64,000 nucleotides of DNA from Raillietiella orientalis (Eukaryota), in contig JAYWIR010000016.1 of assembly GCA_036172245.1 (NCBI GenBank), forward strand, positions 2,170,001 through 2,234,000, in the 5' to 3' direction. Each line of letters opens with the position of its first letter. Position 1 is the stretch's first letter. The position numbers and the translations under genes were made by a program. The notes under the pieces were generated by a model that searched no databases, was not told the origin of the DNA, and worked only from the letters and a program-made list of their open reading frames with translations. Positions 52,868-64,000 of the stretch are shown here, piece after piece.

Positions 52868-55800
52868 TTTCACTGCTACCTGGCATTCCAAAAAGCAAAG
52901 TGGATAGGTCCATAAGAATAGGAAAATTCAACTGTGAGTGCCATCAACTTGCCATGATTATTCTGTCCCATAATTTGTAGCCAATTGAAGAAACAAATAA
53001 AGCATCTGATGCTCACATTCTTGTGAGAACAATAAAAAATCAATTACTTAAGATCCCATGCTGCAACATGAATTAGATAAGGGATGTGCACATAAATACT
53101 ACATACATAATTAATATTTATATGCGTATGTTTTTAATTATAATTTTATACACACAAGACCTTAACAATGCCATTTTCTGTTCGAGACAACCAACACATT
53201 TATCAAAATCAAAAAAATACGAAGCGAAATTCAACTAACATAGATGCCATTTCCACACCATTAGTTCAAAAAATGCCTGAAAACGATATTAAATTTGCCG
53301 TGATATCAGATCAAACCTTTGTTTTTTTATGTGTACTTGAATTTACTGTTAATATTCAAAGTAGGTTCCTTCAGGTATGTTTGGAAATGACAGTGCCACA
53401 TTTTACAAACATTAAGTAATGCTTCAACAAACCAAATCTCTAACATAAATTATACAAAGAAAAATCTCCTTTAAGATCCCACTTTTGATTTCAAACAATT
53501 CCATCTGCAGAATTATAGCACCAACATGAAAGCAAAAGAAACCCAGATATTTCTAATGATGCGACAGAAATGAAGACTCAAGAATAAGTAGAAGTTTGGA
53601 CAAATACAAGTTTCATGTTTTAATGGTTTCAAGCTAATATTTGTATCTTCTCCTAGATACAAAATTGGACATGAGGTTCTAAACTATAGGAATGTAAGCA
53701 AACAAGCAAATACTGAAATATTAATATATTCAATTCCAGCACTGGCCTTTTAGGATGACTAGGAGTTTCTAACAGAGATTTACGCTTGAAATGTAGTATC
53801 ATCTATTAGCATTAAATAAATTAGAGTAACTAAATTAATTACCAACATAATTTGTAAGACATATTATCGAGATCTACAAATCCAATAAAGGCAAAAACTT
53901 GCACTGAATAACACAACTATTCACGAAAATTTTATAAAAGTCAATGACAATCAATCAATCACTGCTATGAAACATATTTCACCTAGTAAAAATCTATACA
54001 AGGCCTAAACAACTAAGAATTTCACATATCAACTACAAAATGCAAATCATTCTAAAGAAAAAAAAAGTCAGCAGATCACACATGATTACAAAAAGAAAAA
54101 AAAACTAAAAATCCTTTAATCAACTGCATAAGTATTGCAAGAAAAACAATCCAAATGCAAACAAATAATGAAAAACCAGCATATTACCTCGCTGCCATGA
54201 AAAAAAAGGCAAGATTTCAAATTAACTTTCTAAAGAAGACCTGCTACAAAAAGACACACAAAGAGATGCCTGTTAATGAGATGAAAATTATACACAATTA
54301 TCATTTGCAACATGCTTTTGAGCCAGATGCACACAGTCAGTGAGAATCCATGACCATTAAGAATTGTTATCAATGCTTAGGAGTACTGTATGTTATGTGT
54401 ATCTTGAAATAATAGTCCTGAGTTTATGCTACTACTTCAACTGCGAAATGACTTTTTTAAAAACCAAAAATATCGAACTCGAAGCAAAGTTAATCACATA
54501 ATTATTTATTAACTTTAATCTAAGTTGATTATGAAAATATGCATCATTTGTATGCATTCAATACAATACGGACTATCACAATTATACTAAATTCAAGACC
54601 ACAAAACTCTACTTCAAATGCATTTATTTTTTAATAATTGTACAGCTACATAATAGCTTATTTCTGGTCCTCCTCCAATACACTAATATAATTCTTAGTT
54701 TGTATATTTGATAATGCTAGCAGTTCAAATTAAATTGCTCAATAATAGCTTCTTTGCTCTTTTTTTCCTTCTTTTTTCTCCAAATTCTGTTACAACTATT
54801 TTCCAGACTAACAAGTCTTACAGTTACTTTAAACTTCACATTATAGAAAGTTTACATAATTCATAAATGTACAACAATTCATTCTCCATTAGCATGAATA
54901 CTTTTTATTATTTGTGAATATTCAAATGAATCTTATGATTTCTGCCCTCTTCAAATTTGCTGCATGGATACAGAAGCACGAATACTGAAAAAATCACCAT
55001 TACTTTTAAGTGACATTCAAAGAACAACAGCTTTCAGCAGAAAACCTGCACTATCTTTGTAGATATTTGATACAAGAAGTAGGGTATTTAAGCGATATTA
55101 GGAAAAGGCGATCTTTAGCATTGTGCCTAGTTTCTCTGTTAGTTGAAATAGAATGCCCTTCACTATATAAGATAGTGATCTTGGAATCATTAGTGACAAT
55201 CCCACTACTCCATATGAAATTGCACGACTTTTACATAATGCTGAAATTTCGAGAATTTCCTGGCGGTGCAGTCAGCAGAAAACGAGCAAAAGCACTGGCA
55301 CCTTCAAAACACAACAGAGTATCTCAATTCTTGACATGAATGACAAATGTTCAAGGGCACATTCTACTGCCGAATCTTAAAAGGGCGACATGAGAAAGCG
55401 GCTTGAGGTTTTTTGAGTACCGAGATCTTTCCAATCAACTGAACATGGGTACGGTAAATGAGAACACTCAAAGCAGGCGACAAGTGTTGGCGTGAACGGC
55501 AAAAACCATGAGGATTCCACTCGGCTACACGATTGCTTGGAAGTGTTTTCGGAGGGTAGAACATCGAAAGACAACACTTCGACACGGACATCATTCGAAA
55601 AAAAAAAAAAAAAAAAAACGATTTTGCATGGTAACAATCAAGTGCCAGTGTGAAAATGCTCACAGGAAACTACCTTGTCGGGGCTGGTGACGACGATGAA
55701 TTTTTTACATTTCCCACGGAAATTTTTCTGTTCATTACGTTTGGCACATTACTTGATGTGCAGGCCTGGCTTCACAAAAGACAACTGCGGTTCTACCTGT

Positions 55801-55955
55801 ACGATCAAATGTGTACAAACTACAAAAGATCAAGCCAAGAAGGCTTCATTAGTACACATGCACACAATAAAAACAAGGAAGCTACCTGCCTGGAAGTGAA
55901 AATGCTCAGCAAATTTGGAAGAGGGGAGGGGGGGGGAGGGAGTACTAATGGAACA

Positions 55956-55956
<1 letters not shown>

Positions 55957-55989
<33 letters not shown>
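55957..55989. repeat. (ATG/GAT)n trinucleotide microsatellite, about 11 units
   Basis: Read directly; it explains the poly-Met and poly-Ile ORFs in the track. Confidence 0.9.
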
Positions 55990-58926
55990 CGCCATTACTG
56001 TAACGTGATTGCACGAAGCTCGCAAAACTGCGTTTCAATTTCAGTATCACTTCTTTTATAACACATGCTGAACCGAAATATGATTCATCGGGAACATGGA
56101 ACCAGAAAACTGCTGCTGACCGATGTCGGGCGAAGCCTCGGACTTCAGCCTTTAATGCCGGACCGCAAAGGCTTTGCTGCTGCACGCAGCCGTTTTCTCA
56201 GCCCACTTCTGACAAGGATTACAATCTGCCGAAAAATGGGCCTACGAAATAGGGCTCATGAAACGGATGACCTTTGCGAGTGCAGTGGAACGAAACACAC
56301 AACAACATTCAGCTGCAGAGTTTCTACGGGAAGTGCAGCACTCAAGTACCACAAACGTCAAACTTCCGCGAACAGGAACATCGGGAACACCTCAAAGAGC
56401 GGCAACGTCCATAACCCATGACTCAGTGTGCCCACGAGCAAGGGAAAACGGACGACTCCTACACCGACGTCGGACCACTCAACACTTGAGATGAGAAGCG
56501 CAAAGAAAGTCACCTTTAGGCACCCCCCCCCCCCCGCTGCCCCGCCCCCGCCCCCGTCCCTACAACAACTCTTGCTTGCAATTTTCCAACCTGACACGGA
56601 TACCGTATGGGAACCACACAAAGCCACTCCCTTTTAAGCAGGGCTGGGCTCCCTGCAGGAAGTAGGGTGCAATCCAACAGCGTAAGAGGAAAAGAAGAAC
56701 AGCGGGAAGACAAAACCGACCTGTTGAATGCCTCCCTAAATGATTGAAACAGGAATGAGATTTGACCCGCGCTGGATATTCAGATAAGGTGACATAATAA
56801 TCCAATCTGCTGAAAGCTACTTGTGCATGGTGGCAATTTGGACGCGTAGGTCGTTCCAGAAAATGGAGCTCCCCTCAACGGAACCCCACGACGACGGCAG
56901 AACACGGGAAAGCATGCAATGCAGGAGCTTCACTGTGCTTGCACGAATGCATCACGAATTGCATTGCGTTTCTTTTTTTTTTTCTTTTTTTTCTTTTTAT
57001 CCCACCGTAGCTCTACCGTTTCAGTCGGCTTCCATTACACACATCTACTTTTACGGAAGGACCGGAATGACTACGATGCTCGGAAAATTTTGACTAAGAT
57101 GCTCTCCCATTTTGGATCCCAATCCGGGTAAAAACGCTCTCCGGATTTTGATCAAACGACCGTCCTCTTTCAAAATGCTCAGAGATAATAAGAGCAGTTA
57201 TCTTCTCCGATTCGGCACAAGAAGGAGGACAACCATCGCAGGGCCGAACAACTGTCAGGTCACATCTCGGGCAAAAAAAATGAACTACCGTTCGCGATTG
57301 AAAAAAGAAAAAGAAAAACACAGTCTTATCCGCCAGAACATCGATTCGGAGGTTACTGAAAAAGAAACACAGCTCACAGTGCACGGTCCGTTTTCCACTT
57401 TTCCCCATCAACGTCACTGGCATCAAAACGACCGGTGTGAGCTTAACAGCCAGACTGAGTCTGCAATTAAGGATTCCTTGAGAGAAAAAAAAAAAAAAAA
57501 AACCAAAGGCACTTTATAATTAATGATGTCAGTGTCTACTGTGACGCAATTTGATATCAACCGCTGCTTTTTAGAAGATCATGGAACGCTCCGAAAATGA
57601 AATGAGCATTTTTGCAGGGCTCCAATTATTGATAGGAGTTAATATTGGTTTTCGATTTGATTTGGTCTGTGATAGGGCTAAAAATTACCGATGAGACTCG
57701 ATAAGATTCTCCTAAAAAGCTATTATAAATATGTATGTCACTGTTAGGATCGGTAAGGGAATGTCGCTTCATTCACTGAGCAGTTGCATAGGAAAACTTG
57801 GAATTTGTTTTTTGGTAGTGAATAATTCAAAGTCGGCAAAAGAGTCGCACGCATACACTTAGTGCCACGAATACTGTGGAGAAGATCTGAAAGTGAACCT
57901 TTTAAATTTGCCATTTGTCATTCACGTAGAGTGTGACATAGAAAGCGACATATGAACCGAAAATCGTGTTTAAAAAACGGATAATGCATCGTCATCAACC
58001 CATATGTTAAAATGTTCAACACTCCCTTGTATGTAATAAGCATTAGCCTTCTTTGAGGGTGTTCATCTGTTTATTGACTGCTTTCTATTTGCTTGTGTAC
58101 ATTCGCTCCCAAAAGTTCCTGTTCCTACACATAGGCATCCATTGTACAACAGAAATCCTGACCTTCAAACTTGCATGCTTTCAATTCATTTCATACACTA
58201 AAACAATAGTGGAAGTGTTTCCAATGAGAAAATTAAAGAAATAAATTAAAAAATTAAATTAAAAAAGTGCAGCCACCTGTTTATACGAAACTATCATTCA
58301 CCCGCACTGCTGCTGCATCCATATAAATCCTGAAGAAATAGAAAACCTGCAAACTTTCCCTAAGTGGAAGGAGAAAAAAGAAATATATCAGGAAAAACGA
58401 ACACTTCATGGATAGAATTAGCAAGGACAGATAGCAAACGAGACATTATCTGCTGAAGGCTTCACTGAAAATATTTGTCAGCTGGTTCCAATGTCACTGT
58501 GTGGTGTGGTGTACTGAGGTTAACTGTGGAGAAGGACTCGCTTGATGAGACTTATTATCGATAAGCAAGACTGACTATCACATCAAGAATTCTTGATAAT
58601 AAACATTCGTCCAGTTTCCAAGTATGAGGTACGCTTTGATCGTAAATGGTGACGACTTGACTTGCAGCATAGCAAGTGTCCTGAGTCTATTCGCTTTCCT
58701 AAGGACCTTCCTTCTGGTGAATAGGATGCAAGTTGACGTGATGAGACAAACATCGGAATTTTTCGAAGTGCTCTCGGCGCCGATCGCTGATGGTCGATTC
58801 GTAACTGCAAGCTCCTCCTGTGAGTCCCTGCAGTTCGCCGTCGCGTCCCGCCACGTGCCTTTTTCATATGTCTTCCAGATGAATAACATGTTATGCGAGT
58901 TTCTGAAAGTGGTCAGTAAAAGTCCT

Positions 58927-58944
58927 GTGTGTGTGTGTGTGTGT
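58927..58944. repeat. (TG)n microsatellite
   Basis: Read directly. Confidence 0.85.
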
Positions 58945-61900
58945 GCGTGCTTGGATGAGACGTGTTCATCAGTGCATTAGGATAGAGAGCGAAGTAATAT
59001 TTTGCAATAACACCAAACGCTCAAAGACCTTTCCAACGTGCTACGGAGTGTTGGGGCTACAAATCGGAGAACCTACAGTATGCACCGGCCATCCCGATAA
59101 TGGTGCTGAGTCAAAAAAGAGAGGAAAAAATAGAGGACTTCACTTGAAGGAAGATCGTTCCGAGCATTTCCTTCTGGATGTGCAAGGAAGCTTCCTCCTT
59201 CGCTACCGGCATTCTGGTCGGTCCTGTTCCTCACCGTCTATCCACCTCTAATGAGAGCGTGCGCGCATTTGCTTTTGGAGCATGTGCTCTGTAGACAGGG
59301 ATAGTTTGCCCGAGCGCCATTCCCTTCCTCCCCGGAAGCAAACCTCCCAAGGGCGCTCGGGAAGAGCCAAAAGAGTTCATTCGTCTGCCGGTGCACGGAG
59401 AGAGAAGGGAAGGTGGACGAAATAAGGTGGCTACATATCGCCACACCATTCCATCCCGTGGCAGCTCTTGGAAAGGAAGGATACGGATTTCCACCGACCC
59501 AGCACTCATCCATCGGACTTGCACGCCGCGATTTCAGTTAAGAGGGGGGGAGGGGGCGGGGGGGGCTTTCTAGTGTGGAATCACAACTCTGTAGCCGACC
59601 CGGACCGGCCTGCGTTGTCATATGCTATTCTTCCGGAGGCACGGCCACCCAAAGACCGGAGGCATCGACTTCCTTCCCTTCATCACAAAGCATTCTCTTC
59701 CCAGTCCAGGTTACCAGAGGCTCCAGCATCCAAGCTGCGTTTGCTTGAAGGCAGTCGAGAGAGCGCTTCGTACAAGGAAAGGCCCGCAGGATGCCGGAAG
59801 GCTCGGCCTGTCGATCGGACCCTCGGCAAACAGAAATGGCCATGTCATTTTCCTTCCGAAGAAGGAAGGCAAATCGCGTGGGAAGGCGGAAATTCGTACT
59901 TTTGAGCGAAATTTTTTTTCCTTTCTTTTTTCTTTTTTCCTCTTCTCTCTCTCTCTCTGTTTCAAAGGTGGCCCAGCCTCTCCCCTCGAACTTTTTGTTC
60001 CGAGTGTGCGACAAGCTGATGGTTCTCTTACACGCCCTGGTCTGGCAGCCTTGACGCGTGAGGGGAGTCCCGCGAGGCGGGGGCGCCTCAGCTGCGCATA
60101 TTGTTAGGAGGAGGGGGAGGGAACGTGCGCGCGGTCTCCGCGCTCGGACCATTGTTGAACGGTTTTCTATAAATAGCACCGCTCTGGTGGAGATGCGTTC
60201 GCGCAGTCCGCCGTGGACGAAGCGTCTTCCACGGCGCGGACGTCATCCGTCTTCTTCTTCATGTTGCACGACGGAGCTGCGCAAAATTCGACCGCGAGGT
60301 TCAGTTTCCCGATCTCAAGATCTCGAAACCGCCATTTTTTTCCATCTCTCTCCCCGAGCCCTGCCACGGCACCTCGAGCGACAAGCAGCCGGGTACGAAG
60401 AATCCTGACGCTACGGGAGACCGGAAGATCTCTCTCTGCCTCTGGATCCGGGGTCTGGATGAGCACAAATAGGAAAGTGGAAGCGGAAGCAAGAGGGAAC
60501 GCCAGGACGGCTTCGGAACGGAAGATTTGACGAGGGAGGAAGGACGGGCCTCTCTTGTGGGAAAGGGAGCGCTGGAATTCCGGAACCGCTCTCGGCTGCC
60601 CCCCAGCTGCGGTTCGCAAACGCTGAGCTCTTCACCGCTGGGCGGTCCTTCCTCGAGGACTAGAAGACGCAAAGCTAAGCGGAGCGCTCAGGTGCGTGAG
60701 CACGGTCCCGTCTTTTAGGCATTCGACCGACGCTGACCTGCATCCACATTCCCGTGCGTCCTGCAAAGACCGCAAGAACGACAACGCAATCGTTCTTCTC
60801 TTGCACGATTCGAATCCTGCGCAGAGGGAAAAACTTCGAAATTTGGGGTCACGCCGTCCTTGGAGCTCCGTTGTGGGGTCGCCTTGACCCACATGCACCT
60901 GCCCCCATGGCTCTCCGCCGAAAACCAGCGCGGGAGCAGTCATCAGAGGTCGCTGACCGGATCTCTGCTGTGAGAAGGACTCTTGGATCCCAAGTAAGAA
61001 AAAAAAAGGGAGGGGGAGGGGGGCAAGTCGGAAACTCTTGAGCGTGGAGGCAACCTTTCTGTTCCGGAAGGCAAGCCAGCCAGCAACCGAGGCAACCTTC
61101 AGTCGGCAGCGCCCAAGCCCGTGCCAACCTGGATCTGAAGGACTCTGCTCTCCCTGCAGTCCTGCCAACTGCGCTTCACCGCCCGCCCATCCCCACTTCT
61201 CCTTGCCTTCCGAATGGTGGAATCGAGGGATACGACCCCATACTCCCCCCAGCCTCGATGAACCGGAATGGCGGTTGAAAGCAAATCACCTCCTCTTATC
61301 CTCCACCTTTAGGGGGCGCCTCACGGGCAGGCCTTCCTGCGTTTGAAGTTTACTCCTCCTCTTCATTCTTCGACTCATCCCATCCAGTCCTCGATGCTCT
61401 CTTCCTTCCCATCTGGGGGACTCGGGGAATGCCTGCCAGCGCCGCGCGCGCACCTTCTCTCTCTCTCTCTCTCTTTGAACACTGCAGGCGTGCGTAACGC
61501 GAACTTTCGGGAGCCCCGCTGTTCTTGGAGTGTGTGCAGCAGCGCCGAGATGCTCTCCTTGGCCACCGACGGGCTATCGGACACTTCCTGTCGGCCGTGA
61601 CGGCGTTACGGGGGAAAAGTGAAAGTACGGCGATGGCCTCCTCCTCGCCGCGGCTTCCCGTGCGCTCGCGCGCGCCGCTACGCTGTTCGCCCGCTCGCCC
61701 TTCCTACAGCACACGAACACGCCTGCACCTCTGCCACCTTCCCTTCTTCCTCTCTCTGCAGCAGAAGCGAGCGGAAGGAGCATGGCAAGCGTGTAGTAGA
61801 CGAGGAGGGGGGCCCGTAAGACGCAACCGGTGCCGAGCAAAGAATTTTCCCAGCTCGACAGCGACCGCCCTGCCACGCTTCATGCAGCGGAGGTACATGA

Positions 61901-64000
61901 AAGGCGGGTAAGCAAGTAGAGAGGAACAGTGAAGCGCATCCTGACAAAGATCCAGATAGTGATCTACAAGCCATCGACGAACGCCGGACGAAGCGGCTGA
62001 GGCAAAGCACCAGTTAAGGATCGCAGGGCGGATAGCGTTCCTCTCCCGACTTCCTGTTCGAGCATTTCACTCCCAGCTGCTGTGATCTTGCTTCGGTTCA
62101 GGAGTCAAGTTAGGTAGGGCGATTTTCCCGTTGAGGAATGACGCACGCGGACGGCATAACTCGTCCTCCAAGAGCCTCCCCATCCCTGCTCCTAGCACAA
62201 GAGAGCGATAATCTTCATTACCGCTTGCATGTGTAGCAGCAGTGGTGTTGGCACCACTCCTCTCGATTACGGGAAAGCTTTTTGATATCGGTATGTCGGA
62301 GTCCTGAGGAAGCCGCGGAATTGCCTTGCGACTGTGCGTTTTACGGGCGGCAGGTCGCGCAAGTGCTCATCGGCATGCAACGTGAACTCTTTCACGTTCG
62401 CTGCTGATTGCCTGTTTATGAAGATTGCAGCCGCCGGAGACTTTGCGGGATTTTCAGAGTCGCAAGCTGTGAATCTGCTCCCTCCCTCTCCCCGATCCCT
62501 CATCCCTGCAGCGCCCACATGCGAGTTCCACTGCCGGTTCCGAATCGAAAAGAGCCACAGACGAAACCTTTCCGCATCATTCGCTCCGTACGCCGTTCGC
62601 TTTTGTGTGAAGAAATTTACGATGGTAGTTAACGCGCCAGGCAACGATTAGCTTCTCAGATTTCCTTTTCAAGAGGAATCATCCTAATAAGTCACATGCA
62701 TCTTCCGTATTGCATGCTGTGTTGCGTTAGCTGCGTTGGCCGAGCCACAGCATGCAATACTGTGCGAGCATCATGGCATTCCGTTCCTTTTGGATCACTC
62801 GCGTTTCGCCCAACCCGTGTGTCGTTCAGGAAAGAACTGGCGTCTTCGCTCCCGCTTTTTTTTTTTGGCTTTTCTTTTGTCTCCTGGCGACATTTCTTCT
62901 TTACGACGTCGAGCGCGACGGAGACTTATACGGTGCTCTTTTGTACACAGCGTGTCCACCGGATCTGCCGGGAGCTCTCGACGCGTGTCCGCGCTCGCCC
63001 AAGTGGCCGCCATTCGGAGTGCAAAAAATCTTCCTTGCAATACACATACGGATGTACATATGCGCACAGAAAACATGGCGCCGAAAATTCTTACGTCTCG
63101 CCTGAGGAATCACAGCAATGCGATGGTTCTCTGATGCTGCGGACTGTCGTGGGTCGATTCCCAGTGGCTCCACGATTCCAAGTAGAAATGCGCGCCTTCG
63201 GACTGCACAGAATTCTGCGTGGGAGCAAAAGCATCTTCCGCGAGCACTGACGCTGCTGCTGCTGGATCGCGGATCCGAATGGTTGTGCTGGACGCCACTG
63301 AGAATCGACCAGGAACTCTGAGGAGACGAAAGGAGGGGGACAGAGCGAAGGGTCCACATCCTCGACATCTTCCGTGCTGTGCGTTCGTTCAACGGTTCTC
63401 CGCTGCCCCCTCGTCCCTTGGCCCCGGGTGACGCCGCTACCGGAAAGCACCCTCCGCTGTTTCGCTACCTCCCCTTTTCCCTGCTTGCGAGAGGCTCCAA
63501 AGCCGACGATTCCGGGAGAGACCTTTCTGCGCGCTCGATGGCCTCAGGGAGGTGGAACCGGGAGGAGGGAAGGGGGAAGAACATAGTGCTCCCATCGAGA
63601 CTCTCAGACGGCGGCGGGGACCACCGGTGACCGCGCTTCGTTCCCGTACCGGTGCCCGGCCGGAGTTCACCGCCACGGGACGTGAGGGGTCGATCGAAAG
63701 TCCCCAGGCGGACCCTCGGGGCACGAAGCACTCCCCACACGAGGCCGCGTTCCTACCTGCTTGCTGGTCACTGCGAGTGCCGCACGCGGAAAGAGAGGAG
63801 CAGGCGCTCGCGTTGTCCGCTGCTTGCCTGAGGAGTCTCGTGGATCACCGCACCGCTGCTGCTGCTGCTGTCGTCCGCGTCTTGGCGGTGGGGCGCGTAG
63901 AGGCGGATTGCGGAGACGCGGTAGCCGCGCTCCGCGCGCGCGAGGCGCGGACCTTGCCGAGAGGGACGCTACGCCTCGGACGTGGGATGCGCTCGGAGGT

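Overview
Eukaryotic (invertebrate, probably arthropod; inferred) genomic DNA built from alternating AT-rich/CpG-poor blocks and GC/CpG-rich blocks. The AT-rich blocks hold four recognisable spliced housekeeping genes with mostly 45-55 nt introns: a C2orf69/UPF0565 homolog (-), TANGO6/RTP1 (+, apparent GC-AG first intron), RPS11 (+, TCT/5'TOP motif) and KATNB1 (-, including a 38-nt intron). A decayed non-LTR retrotransposon RT lies at the left edge. The most interesting structure is in the 6-30 kb GC-rich block: two paralogous, unnamed two-transmembrane proteins on the minus strand (coding exons 12661-13179 and 17123-17845) share an N-terminal SAxAIRRxRE motif. They may be alternative terminal exons of one micro first exon (Met-Pro-Ser, 29397-29405), and both coding exons are bracketed by a near-identical 2.2-kb direct repeat. 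A 475-bp near-perfect inverted duplication lies at 43.0/47.9 kb. Most long ORFs listed in the GC-rich blocks look like composition artefacts. All homology calls are from my recall of protein families, not from searches.
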